Source of the DNA: Candidatus Eiseniibacteriota bacterium
GTDB taxonomy: Bacteria; Eisenbacteria; RBG-16-71-46
Direction: 5' to 3'
DNA: 25,361 nucleotides
Assembly: GCA_031366795.1 (NCBI GenBank)
Contig: JANLOX010000025.1
Span: 1 to 25,361 of the forward strand
In this document: positions 17,901 to 25,361 of the stretch, in pieces
Position numbering within the stretch: the first letter of the stretch is position 1
Layout: each line of letters begins with the position of its first letter
The notes under the pieces: model-generated
What the model saw: the letters and a program-made list of their open reading frames with translations, nothing else
Databases searched by the model: none
Told to the model about the DNA's origin: nothing
Position numbers and translations under genes: made by a program

Positions 17901-19187
17901 GATCGCACCGGGTGCGGCGCCGAACACGGTGCCGATGGCGTCGGGGTAGTAGCACGAGGAGTGCGTCACGAATATGTTGCCGTACTCATCGAGGGTGAGG
18001 CCGAACACCGTGCCGAGCGAGTCGCTCTTCCAGTTGTTGCCCGGACCGTTGTAGCGCGTCATCGACGCCCAGTTCGTGTCCTCGAGTGGCGACGGCGGTG
18101 AGACGTTGAGATTGAAGATCGTCACGGCATAGGGCCAGCCGGGATAACCCTGACGCGTGCCCACGACGATGTTCGTCCAGGGACCACCGATCTGCGGAAC
18201 CGCTTCGCAGCAGGTGTCGGGCGGGCTCGAGCAGGCGAGACAGGTCTCGGGCGGGGCCGGCGCGAACTTCTGGATCCGGCAGCTCTCGCCGCCATCGGCG
18301 ACGTACACCAAGCCGAACATGGCGCCGAGTGCACGCGGGCCGCTGAACTGGTTCGGCAACAGACCGACCGTGCCCCACTGCGCTTCGTACAGGCCGGCGG
18401 GATCGAACATCTGCACGCGATTATTGTTGCGATCGGTGACGTAGAGATGGCCGCCCCACGCGGTGACGTCGCTCGGCGCGTTGAACTGGCCGTTCCCTGC
18501 CCCCGTCGTGCCCCACTGCGCCATGAAGAACCCCGAGGGATCGAACTGCTGGATGCGGTTGTTGCCACTGTCGGCGATGTAGACGTCATAGTTGCCGACG
18601 ATCGTGATGCCGTTCGGGTTGTTGAACTGCCCGGCTGCAGCACCCGTGGTGCCCCATTGCGTGTAGTAGGTTCCGCTCGTGCTGAACGACTGCACGCGAT
18701 TGAGCGTGCCGTCCGTCACGAGCACGGTACCGTAGCCAGTGACCGCGACGCCCCGCGCCCCGATGAATTGGCCGTTGCCGGTTCCGCTCGAGCCCCACTG
18801 CAGCACGTAGGCGCCGGTGGTCGTAAACACCTGGATGCGCGCATTGCCGGCGTCGACGACGAACACGGAGTTCGAACGCACCGCGATGCCGCGCGGGCTG
18901 TTGAACTGGCTATTGCCCGTCCCCAGGGTGCCCCACTGCGTGATGAACACGCCGTTCGCGTCGAACTTCTGGATGCGGTTGTTGCCGGAGTCGGAGACGT
19001 ACACATTGCCCGCGCCATCGACCGCGACGCCTGCGGGATTCGAGAACTGGCCTGGGCCGGCGCCGGTGCCACCCCATTGGTTCGAGAATACCGGGGGCGT
19101 AACGGCGAAGGCGACAGTCGTGGCGCTCGCGAGAGCGCCGAGCACAAACGCACAGGCAAGCACCTGCCGGCGGAATATTGTGGGCAC
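14907..19187 (-). CDS. Large secreted multidomain protein: NHL beta-propeller + second propeller-like region + SdrD-B/Cna-like + LamG-like jellyroll + Cys-rich region + C-terminal FlgD-Ig-type domain (1426 aa)
   Basis: AGAGGAGG RBS before GTG 19187 and a signal peptide ending AFA. Six QWG..G.G.GQF..P.G...VYV.D.GN.RIQ.F repeats. GKKYKDVNHNGVKE..EAGIAGWTIQL..GDYCFTGLLAGAYTVSE. AAWWTFDD..FAIDAWVNP..WTHLAVS..GKLDELEI. ASPNPF..VYDLSGRRVRAL..WDGADEHGRPVAAGVYFARL. Confidence 0.9.
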   Translation of the reverse strand: MPTIFRRQVLACAFVLGALASATTVAFAVTPPVFSNQWGGTGAGPGQFSNPAGVAVDGAGNVYVSDSGNNRIQKFDANGVFITQWGTLGTGNSQFNSPRGIAVRSNSVFVVDAGNARIQVFTTTGAYVLQWGSSGTGNGQFIGARGVAVTGYGTVLVTDGTLNRVQSFSTSGTYYTQWGTTGAAAGQFNNPNGITIVGNYDVYIADSGNNRIQQFDPSGFFMAQWGTTGAGNGQFNAPSDVTAWGGHLYVTDRNNNRVQMFDPAGLYEAQWGTVGLLPNQFSGPRALGAMFGLVYVADGGESCRIQKFAPAPPETCLACSSPPDTCCEAVPQIGGPWTNIVVGTRQGYPGWPYAVTIFNLNVSPPSPLEDTNWASMTRYNGPGNNWKSDSLGTVFGLTLDEYGNIFVTHSSCYYPDAIGTVFGAAPGAIYRLDSVTGAIKTFCVLPNVIDPVVTGFAAGDDYPGLGNITYDCRHHQFFVTNLEDGKIYRIQPVGVNGPTGTVVQTFDPMTPDNGLPGWAPLGERLWGIQWHGDRVYYSVWRQDASASAGLNEIRSVALFPAGAIDPSSDQHEFFLPPFPYSNSGGGGGSANYRSMPVADISFSASGRMLCGERGIYTETMTAPHSARALEYVCNAGCWTPGNVYMIGDYGNQTNASGGVDYDRHAYGGGVIGRAWATGDALHLGGFYLDTVYGYQGLRPNTNGTNVNSILLDSDGNVTNGDKTLTGDIEAPGCPDLGEVLGSICGKKYKDVNHNGVKEGTEAGIAGWTIQLNGPGGPYTTTTSASGDYCFTGLLAGAYTVSEVGQPGWVQTAPSGGIYTVNLAAGQAVINRDFGNYLETAGGIPCAPPPAGMAAWWTFDDPATATSATDVIHTSPAKNVALFQGAAALSLTGYVKDALSLAGPGDYLRVPNANQSGLNFGAGDFAIDAWVNPAPGTGVRTIVEKRKFIGASPYRTMGWALYLNGLQATLEIGNGISTQVVAGPLLTANTWTHLAVSIDRTAASGTWFVNGAALSTGPFVPLTGSVSTTADLTIGQSGAGFVAGTGLQGKLDELEIIASPLTIGKVKPIYDAGVIGKCPEYCRVPSITTICKDKTSVQVCFTICNNTATPQSYTWSLAGLPTGVGCTVAGPTLFSPPAGTVTVGAGGVSAPICVTIQRAVGLTAQNATSCYALTFVNNATGVSHMCSGAIRADNTCWCVTPAQTGVVSVAGRIQPGAIGTPIVIGVGGPCDPISFPWRVSAVYMGASGDGDPVRVSLNGLPPGEPVTGTFQPSDPTGGGTIEVGAAYSMHDAVSPYEILLEADLDGDGVMEPVSSTMIASTYDASEALSAPAPKPTDSIRLAASPNPFFAGSSVTFSLAERGEVDLAVYDLSGRRVRALQSGVLGAGAHRFDWDGADEHGRPVAAGVYFARLGTARMEIRAKLVKLR

Positions 19188-19337
19188 GTGAACCTCCTCT
19201 CCCGTCGCGGGGCGGCGACGGGCGGACGAGACGGGATAAGCGGGCGGGATACCACCCGTAACTTCGTATGAGTCCGGTAATTCTAACCCCAATTCCCGGC
19301 CGGCCGGCGAATGAATAAGGGGCCCGGGGCGCCCCGG

Positions 19338-21212
19338 TCAGTGGGCCTCGAGGGTTGCGAGCAGCCCGTGGGCCTGTGTGTCATTGGGCGATAGCTCGAC
19401 CAGCAGCCGGCACCACTGCTTCGCTTCCTCGATCCGGCCGAGCTGGTACGTCACAACGACATAGGCCTTCACAAGGGCTGGCTCCGGATGGTCCGCGGTG
19501 AGCAGCGCCTCCCGGAAGGCGCGTCGAGCTGCCTCGTACATCCCGAGCTGGAGGAAGCTGGTGCCACGACCCCAGGCGTCCAGGGACACGCGCCGGGGAC
19601 CGAACAGTGACGCCAAAAGGGACCCGCGCGCGGGGGGTAGCAGCGCATCCTCCGTGAGCGGGGCGGCCGCGTTGAGCCGACGCAACCGCTCAGTGCCCGA
19701 GGCGATCGCCGCCTGGTGGGCGGGAGTGTTGCGGGCGAACAACACGGAGACGGCATCGACATCGACCAGCGACCACGCGGGATCGGCTCTCAGGCTGTCG
19801 ATCAACTCGCTGCGCGTGGAGGTGATGAGTGCGGCCTCGGGATGGTATTCCGCGACGACATCGTTCCAGCCGGCGCCGTCATTCGCGCGCGAGTACTTGC
19901 CGTAGAACTCCTCTCCCACGACCTCCAGGCGCCCATCGATAAACGTCTTCTTGCTCGAATCGCGATGCATGGCGAGGTAGCCGCCAAACTCGATGGCGTT
20001 GAACACTCTCCCTTCGAGCCCGCCGCGATTGAGGGTCGCCACGGTCCCCAGCGGAAAGACTGCGGGCGATTCCGCGTCGCCGAACCGCACCGAAGCGCGC
20101 GTCATCATGTAGTAGTTGCCGTTCACTACCAGCACGCCGGCGTAAGCGAGCAGCAGCGTGACCGCGGCCGCGGCGAACGCCCCCTCGCGAGTGGATCGCG
20201 CGTGCCCTTTCGCCGACAGCGAGTGGCCCAGTTCCGAAGCAGCCTCGAGTGCAGGTGGGAGCGCTGCGATGGCGAACAGCCCCACCATGCGCAGGTGCAT
20301 CGCCGCCAGGGTGCCGAACAGGGCCACGACGGTGAGATCGAACAGCGACGCGCGCCGGCCGCGCGCAAGCATGACGACGCCCGTCGCCACCAGCATCAGC
20401 TTGAACGACCACAGTGCCCGGATGCCCGCGGCGCGCGGCGAGAACGGCGACATCAACTCATTGATCGACTCGGCGAAGGCGTTGCCATGCTGGATACGCG
20501 TCTGGAGGTTCCACAGGAACCGCACACCCTCTGGACCGTAAGGATTGAGGAACATGACCGCCGTCGCCGCCGCGAGCGCCAGCCACGGTGCCGCATCGAT
20601 CGCGCGCTTGCGGGCGCCCGCGACCAGTGACGTGGCGGCGTAGAGCGCGAGCACGACGATGCCGAACACGGACAGCGCGTGGGAGTAAACCCACAGCAAC
20701 TGCAGCGGAACGGTGGCGTACAGCCAGCGCTTGCGTCCCGACACGGAATGCTGGCGGAGCAACAGCAACTGGGCCGCGAGAAACAGCGCGCTCGCCAACT
20801 CCGGCCGCGTCATCAGGCGCACTTCCCACGTGAGCAGCGCTATCCCGAAACCGACTCCGAGCAAGGCGGCCGAACGCACCCCGCGTTGTCGCGCCGCGAG
20901 CCACAACAGCACGACGGTGGCGAGCACGAAGACGAGCCGCAAAAGCCCCACGCCGGCCATGCCGCCGCGATAGGCCAGCGCCAGCAACACCTGAAACAGC
21001 CCGTGCATATCGATGTAGGGGCGGCCCGCGAGCGTGTAAGTGAAGGAGTCGACGCGCGGCCAGGCGTGGTGTTCGAGGATCCAGCGTCCCGTGGCGAGGT
21101 GGTAGCCGAAGTCGCGGGAGGACTCGGTGCGCCACGCGAGACAGGCCGCCAGCGCCAGGACCGCGAACAGGATCTGGGTGCGGGGCCACGTGCGGTCGTG
21201 GGCTGGGGTCAT
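19338..21212 (-). CDS. Polytopic membrane protein, putative GT-C-fold glycosyltransferase-like, with C-terminal TPR
   Basis: First TM followed by the loop DFGYHLATGRWI...P.VDSFTYT, then ~10 hydrophobic segments. RPE and NPYG motifs. Soluble domain VFN..EFGGYL..FIDGRLEV. TPR-like helices (GMYEAARRAFREAL; LGRIEEAK..LELSPND). Confidence 0.75.
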   Translation of the reverse strand: MTPAHDRTWPRTQILFAVLALAACLAWRTESSRDFGYHLATGRWILEHHAWPRVDSFTYTLAGRPYIDMHGLFQVLLALAYRGGMAGVGLLRLVFVLATVVLLWLAARQRGVRSAALLGVGFGIALLTWEVRLMTRPELASALFLAAQLLLLRQHSVSGRKRWLYATVPLQLLWVYSHALSVFGIVVLALYAATSLVAGARKRAIDAAPWLALAAATAVMFLNPYGPEGVRFLWNLQTRIQHGNAFAESINELMSPFSPRAAGIRALWSFKLMLVATGVVMLARGRRASLFDLTVVALFGTLAAMHLRMVGLFAIAALPPALEAASELGHSLSAKGHARSTREGAFAAAAVTLLLAYAGVLVVNGNYYMMTRASVRFGDAESPAVFPLGTVATLNRGGLEGRVFNAIEFGGYLAMHRDSSKKTFIDGRLEVVGEEFYGKYSRANDGAGWNDVVAEYHPEAALITSTRSELIDSLRADPAWSLVDVDAVSVLFARNTPAHQAAIASGTERLRRLNAAAPLTEDALLPPARGSLLASLFGPRRVSLDAWGRGTSFLQLGMYEAARRAFREALLTADHPEPALVKAYVVVTYQLGRIEEAKQWCRLLVELSPNDTQAHGLLATLEAH

Positions 21213-21218
21213 CCGTTA

Positions 21219-21247
21219 AAGTTACCCATCGCGCCTGAGCGGCACAA
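21219..21247 (-). promoter_or_regulatory. Putative leaderless sigma-70 promoter of the GT-C-like gene
   Basis: Minus strand TTGTGC-N17-TAACTT-N6-ATG with no Shine-Dalgarno. Confidence 0.5.
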
Positions 21248-21396
21248 CGCGTTCGCTGCCGCCTGCGTTCGCCGGTGCCGGAAGACCGTTCTTGCGCAAC
21301 GCGTCCATCTAGCGTGAAATCAACTCACTCTGGGCGGCCCTTCGCCGCCTGCTGACCTTCACGGCATCCGCCCCCTGGACCCCTAGGAGCCTGTCG

Positions 21397-22539
21397 ATGT
21401 GCATTCACGCTGGCCGCCACCCCTTGCTGTGCATCGTTCCGCCGCACCTGCTCGCCCATCTCGCCCGGCAGCGCGATCCCAAGCTGCGGGCCATCGCGGA
21501 CCACGCGATGCGCAGCCTGCTCGCCTCCGAACAGGTGCGCGGACACCGTGGCGCCATCGGCGGCATTTCGCCGCTCGTGGCGACACCCGCGGGTACCAAG
21601 CGCCGCACCCTCTTTGATGCCGAGCAGGGCTCGCGCCTGCCGGGCAAGCTCGTGCGCGGCGAGGGCGACGCTGCGTCGGCGGACATAGCAGTCAACGAGG
21701 CCTACGACGGACTCGGCGCCACGTGGGACCTGTTCTATTCGGCGTTCGAGCGCAATTCCATCGACGGGAAAGGTTCACGGCTCGATGCCTCCGTGCACTA
21801 TCGCGACAAGTTCGACAACGCCTTTTGGGATGGCCAGCAGATGGTGTTCGGCGATGGCGACGGCGTGATCTTCGAGCGCTTCACCAAGTGTCTGGATGTG
21901 ATCGGCCACGAGTTGACGCATGGCGTCACGCAGTACGAGGCGAATCTCGCGTATGAGGGTCAGTCGGGCGCGCTGAACGAATCGATCTCCGACGTGTTCG
22001 GCGCGCTGGTGAAGCAGTTCGCGCTGGGCCAGGCGGCCGATCGCGCCGACTGGCTGATCGGCGCGGGCCTGTTCACGCCGCGCGTGAAGGGCGTCGCACT
22101 CCGCTCGATGAAGGCGCCGGGCACCGCGTACGACGACTCACGCATCGGCAAGGACCCGCAACCCGCGCACATGCGCGACTACTCCGACACCGCCGACGAC
22201 AACGGTGGTGTGCACATCAACTCTGGCATCCCCAATCGCGCGTTCTACCTCGCCGCGACCGGCTTCGGCGGCAAGGCGTGGCTCAAGGCCGGCCGCGTGT
22301 GGTACGTCACCTTGACCGACACGCTCAAGGAACGCGCGGACTTCCGCGACGCCGCAGCGGCGACCATCGCGGCGGCGGGCCAGGAATTCGGCACCAGCGG
22401 CGCGAGGATCGTTCGCACGGCGTGGCAGACGGTGGGCGTCACCGTTCCCGCCGCAGGCAATGCATCCACCTCCAAGAAAGCGACGCGACGTGCGAATCCA
22501 GGTGGTGCAAAGCGGCGGGTTCGCCGGCCTGCGCGTTGA
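21397..22539 (+). CDS. Protealysin-like M4 metallopeptidase
   Basis: AGGAG RBS and no signal peptide. Short propeptide motif CIVPPHLL, NAFWDGQQMVFGDGDG, HELTHGV, GALNESISD, DNGGVHINSGIPNRAFY. Confidence 0.96.
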   Translation: MCIHAGRHPLLCIVPPHLLAHLARQRDPKLRAIADHAMRSLLASEQVRGHRGAIGGISPLVATPAGTKRRTLFDAEQGSRLPGKLVRGEGDAASADIAVNEAYDGLGATWDLFYSAFERNSIDGKGSRLDASVHYRDKFDNAFWDGQQMVFGDGDGVIFERFTKCLDVIGHELTHGVTQYEANLAYEGQSGALNESISDVFGALVKQFALGQAADRADWLIGAGLFTPRVKGVALRSMKAPGTAYDDSRIGKDPQPAHMRDYSDTADDNGGVHINSGIPNRAFYLAATGFGGKAWLKAGRVWYVTLTDTLKERADFRDAAAATIAAAGQEFGTSGARIVRTAWQTVGVTVPAAGNASTSKKATRRANPGGAKRRVRRPAR

Positions 22540-22777
22540 ACGCGCGGTCGAGACGGAACGCTTGAGCGCGAGCGAGCAGGGGCATTACGAGCGCCTGCTC
22601 GCCGCTGCGTGCTTCTTCGACCTGCCCACACGGAGCGTGAGTGGCTTGCCCGACGTCATTCAATGCCGCGTCCATATCCACGCGCAAGGCCGCGAACACG
22701 AAGTGACGACCGATGAACAATCCGCGTCGAGGCCATTATGGGCGCTGGTTGAGCGGGTGTTGGCGATCGAGGCGTAA
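22490..22777 (+). CDS. Emfourin (protealysin inhibitor) family protein
   Basis: GTG-start MRIQVVQSGGFAGL...FFDLP...PDVIQC.V.I...GREHEV, 95 aa. Lies directly after the protealysin gene, the established arrangement. Start codon uncertain. Confidence 0.85.
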   Translation: MRIQVVQSGGFAGLRVERAVETERLSASEQGHYERLLAAACFFDLPTRSVSGLPDVIQCRVHIHAQGREHEVTTDEQSASRPLWALVERVLAIEA

Positions 22778-22781
22778 GGCG

Positions 22782-23460
22782 CTACTTCGCGAAGTCCGCG
22801 AGGAATGCCCGCACGAACGGCGACCGCTGCGCTTCCGCGACATCGAGCGGCGACAGCCAGCTAAGGCCATCGCTGTTCGCGAGCAGCACGAGCGTGAGCG
22901 TGCGCTGCGGCACCTTGAGGTAGAGCGCGGAGTACCTGCCCTCCCACAGCCCGGTGTGCCACAGCAGGCGCTCGCCCTGGTACTCCGTCACGCACCACCC
23001 GATGCCGTAGGGCAGCGTTGCACCGGCGGGTGTGCGCGTCGGCGTCCACATGGCGGCGCGCGATGAATCGCTGAGCAGGGTTCCGCACCAGCTCCGAGAA
23101 CTACTCCTTCGATACCTGCATCATGGGACGCGACGCCCACGAGTAGGCGACGGGGTTGTACCAGAAGCGTGTGCCCGGCGTGCCGTTCGCACTCATCGAC
23201 ATGATGTGGCGCAGCGTGATCACCTGGCTATCGAATTCGAAATCGCCGAAGAAGATGCCACCGCGCGCGAGCACGACCGCGGTGTCGCGCAGCACGGCCA
23301 CCGACAAGCCGGGGATGTGCGACGCAACGCGAAGCGAGTCGACGTCGCCGACGAAGCGCTCCGCGGCGCGCATATCGCGTGAGGCGCGTGGTGCCGCCCA
23401 CCCTTGGCTCGCCACGACCGCGAGGCACAGCGCCGCCCCGAGGACGCGCAACAACTTCAC
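22782..23460 (-). pseudogene. Decayed serine hydrolase (beta-lactamase class C-like family)
   Basis: Signal peptide, then IPGLSVAVLRD..VVLARG, ITLRHIMSM, PGTRFWYN..AY in one frame. In-frame TAG at 23101-23103. C-terminal LLSDSSRAAMWTP..YGIGW..WHTG..LVLLAN lies in another frame. The SxxK segment is absent. Confidence 0.8.
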
Positions 23461-23468
23461 GCGGGAAC

Positions 23469-24542
23469 TCAACTTTTGCCGCGAGTCTTCGAACGCTTCG
23501 AAGCGACGGGTTTCGCTGTCGGGCGCTTCGCAACCGCGCGCTTGGCGGGGACTGGCTTTGCCGCCACGCGCTTGGACGACGCGCCCTTTACCACGGCACC
23601 CTTCGCTGCGACTCGCTTCGTCGCCTGCCTGGCGCTCGAGGCCGCTGCGCCCTGCTTCACTTTGCCACCCTTCGACGCCACTCGCGGCGCCTTCACCGCC
23701 CGCGCCACATCGAGCCGCTTCTGCAATTCGGCATTCGACACGCACGCGCGTACCACGATCGAGTTGCCCTCGGGATCGCGCAATTGCGCCGCCGCACCGA
23801 GCCCGCTTTCCGCCGCCAGGTTCACGAACTCGACGCCGCGCGCCTTCGCGGCGTACTTCCATTCATCGAGGTCCTCAACCGTGAACCCGAAGCTCACCGG
23901 CTTCGTCATGTATTGCTCTGCCGAGTCGCGCTCGTTGCGGCGATGGATCACCAGTTGCACATCGCCCGTGTCGTATTGCATCCACGAGGGCGATTGGACC
24001 GTCTCCTTCAACCCGAGCAAGCGGCCGAAGTAGCCGCGCGCCGCCACCATGTCCTGCACCTGCACGAGCGTGGTGGTCAACGCTGGGCCGGTGTGCGCGG
24101 GCGGCGCGAACTCATCGAGCGCCAGCGTCGTTTGCCGGGAGTCATCGCCACCCTCGCGGCGCGCCGCGGCGATCGTCTTGCGTTCCGCCGCGGTCATGGT
24201 CGCGCCCGAGCCCGGCTGCAAGAGCGAGAACAGGTTGCCTTCGGGATCGCGGAAGTGGATCACGCTGCCGAAGGCGAGATGCCGCAACTCATCGATGAAC
24301 TCGACGCCGCGGCTGCGCAAGGTCTCTACGACCGTGGTCACGCGTTCCGACTCGAAGCACAATTCCACTTCGTGGCGCCGCGTCGGCTGCACGGCCAGCA
24401 GCATTAGCCCCGCGCCGTCGGTCGAGAAGTTGGCCATGAACGGCGTGTCGGCGCCGAGGCTCAGGCCCATGGCGTCGCGATAGAAGCGCTTCGACGCCTC
24501 GATGTCGGTCGTGAACGAGACAACGTGAAGCAGTCGCTTCAT
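23469..24542 (-). CDS. Tandem VOC (glyoxalase/bleomycin-resistance) domain protein with Lys/Ala/Arg-rich C-terminal tail
   Basis: GGAGG RBS. Domain 1: HVVSFTTDIEASKRFYRDAMGL..RGVEF..FRDPEGN. Domain 2: VQDMVAARGYFGRLLGL..FTVEDLD..RGVEF..LRDPEGN. Tail: KRVAAKPVPAKRAVAKRPTAKPVASKRSK. Confidence 0.88.
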   Translation of the reverse strand: MKRLLHVVSFTTDIEASKRFYRDAMGLSLGADTPFMANFSTDGAGLMLLAVQPTRRHEVELCFESERVTTVVETLRSRGVEFIDELRHLAFGSVIHFRDPEGNLFSLLQPGSGATMTAAERKTIAAARREGGDDSRQTTLALDEFAPPAHTGPALTTTLVQVQDMVAARGYFGRLLGLKETVQSPSWMQYDTGDVQLVIHRRNERDSAEQYMTKPVSFGFTVEDLDEWKYAAKARGVEFVNLAAESGLGAAAQLRDPEGNSIVVRACVSNAELQKRLDVARAVKAPRVASKGGKVKQGAAASSARQATKRVAAKGAVVKGASSKRVAAKPVPAKRAVAKRPTAKPVASKRSKTRGKS

Positions 24543-24605
24543 TTCGTCCTCCGGACCAGCACGCATCCGCCGCGCGCGGGGCTTCGCACCCCGAGCGGCA
24601 CCGCG

Positions 24606-25361
24606 TTACTCGACGCTCACCCACACGCTCTTCGTCTGCGTCACATCGCGCAGGCACTCGGGGCCCAGGTCGCGGCCGAAGCCCGACTGCTTGTAGCCGC
24701 CGAACGGCATGCCGGCGTCGTAGAAGTTGTAGGTATTCACCCACACCGTGCCGGCCTGGATGCGACGCGCCACGGCGTGCGCCTTCTTCACGTTCTGCGT
24801 CCAGATCCCGGCTGCGAGACCGAAGTCAATGGCGTTCGCCTTGGCGATCGCGTCATCAACGCCGTCGAAGCGGATCACCGACAGCACCGGGCCAAAGATC
24901 TCTTCTTGCGCCACGCGCATGGTGTTCTCGACGCCGTCGAGCACGGTCGCCTGCATGAACCAGCCTTTTCCGTTAACCGGCTGCCGCTCGCCGCCCGCGA
25001 TGACGCGTGCGCCTTCCTTGCGGCCGCTCTCGACATAGCCGAGTACCTTGGTCAGCTGCTCCTGGCTGACCAGCGAGCCCAGCCGGGACTTGGGATCCAG
25101 TGGGTCCGAGGGCAGCATTTTCTTGGCGCGCTCGGCGAGCTTGACGACGAAGTCGTCGTAGATCGAGGATTCCACAAGCAGTCGCGAACCGGCCGCGCAA
25201 ACCTCGCCCTTGCCGTAGAAGATTCCCATGGTGGCGCCACGCAAGGCAGCGTCGAGATCGGCGTCGGCGAAGATGATGTTCGGCGACTTACCGCCCAGCT
25301 CGAGCGTCAGCTTCTTCATGGTGTCCGCGGCGCTCTTCATGATGTGGCGGCCGACCTGCGT
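24606..25361 (-). CDS. NAD(P)-dependent aldehyde dehydrogenase (5'-partial, runs off window end)
   Basis: TLELGGKSP (catalytic Glu), GEVCAAGSR (catalytic Cys), EEIFGPV, AGTVWVN, PFGGYKQSGFGR. Confidence 0.96.
   Translation of the reverse strand, partial: TQVGRHIMKSAADTMKKLTLELGGKSPNIIFADADLDAALRGATMGIFYGKGEVCAAGSRLLVESSIYDDFVVKLAERAKKMLPSDPLDPKSRLGSLVSQEQLTKVLGYVESGRKEGARVIAGGERQPVNGKGWFMQATVLDGVENTMRVAQEEIFGPVLSVIRFDGVDDAIAKANAIDFGLAAGIWTQNVKKAHAVARRIQAGTVWVNTYNFYDAGMPFGGYKQSGFGRDLGPECLRDVTQTKSVWVSVE

Noticed and set aside
14826..18101. 1091-aa plus-strand ORF
   Set aside because: It is antisense to the well-supported secreted protein and is Arg/His/Val-rich with no motifs. This is the typical stop-free shadow frame of a high-GC gene.
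18260..19090. Recurring CCCCACTG/GAACTGG DNA repeats as a non-coding repeat element
   Set aside because: They are explained by the coding NHL repeats (QWG, GQF).
19315..19337. Palindrome CCGGGGCGCCCCGG as an intrinsic terminator
   Set aside because: The loop geometry is poor and the U-tract is weak (TTATTC on the minus strand), which is not enough to call a terminator.
23101..23103. In-frame TAG as pyrrolysine or programmed readthrough
   Set aside because: The same gene also lacks its catalytic SxxK segment and has a frameshifting deletion. TAG is an ordinary stop in several other genes here.
23461..23862. N-terminal extension of ORF 23101-23862
   Set aside because: It overlaps the VOC gene in another frame. 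The credible start is GTG 23460, just before the signal peptide.

Overview
High-GC bacterial chromosomal window with about 16 intact or partial CDSs and one decayed gene. I saw no rRNA, tRNA, CRISPR array or mobile element. Contents in order: a 5'-partial divergent AMMECR1-domain gene coupled to a 1776-aa thioester-bearing alpha-2-macroglobulin (A2M); a minus-strand operon of two exported M16 peptidase subunits (the second fused to a LolA-like domain) plus a long-chain acyl-CoA ligase; a membrane-anchored hypothetical behind a sigma-28-like promoter; a sulfurtransferase-SufE pair; an ICL/PEP-mutase family gene; a 1426-aa Cys-rich secreted multidomain protein with a FlgD-Ig-type C-terminus; a GT-C-like/TPR membrane protein; a protealysin-emfourin pair; a serine-hydrolase pseudogene; a tandem-VOC protein with a histone-H1-like tail; and a partial aldehyde dehydrogenase. 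The FlgD-Ig tail and GC content suggest an FCB-related lineage such as Ca. Eisenbacteria (inference only). The best candidates for undescribed systems are the AMMECR1 + A2M module and the M16/LolA-like + acyl-CoA ligase operon. All family calls come from recognising motifs by eye; no database search was run.
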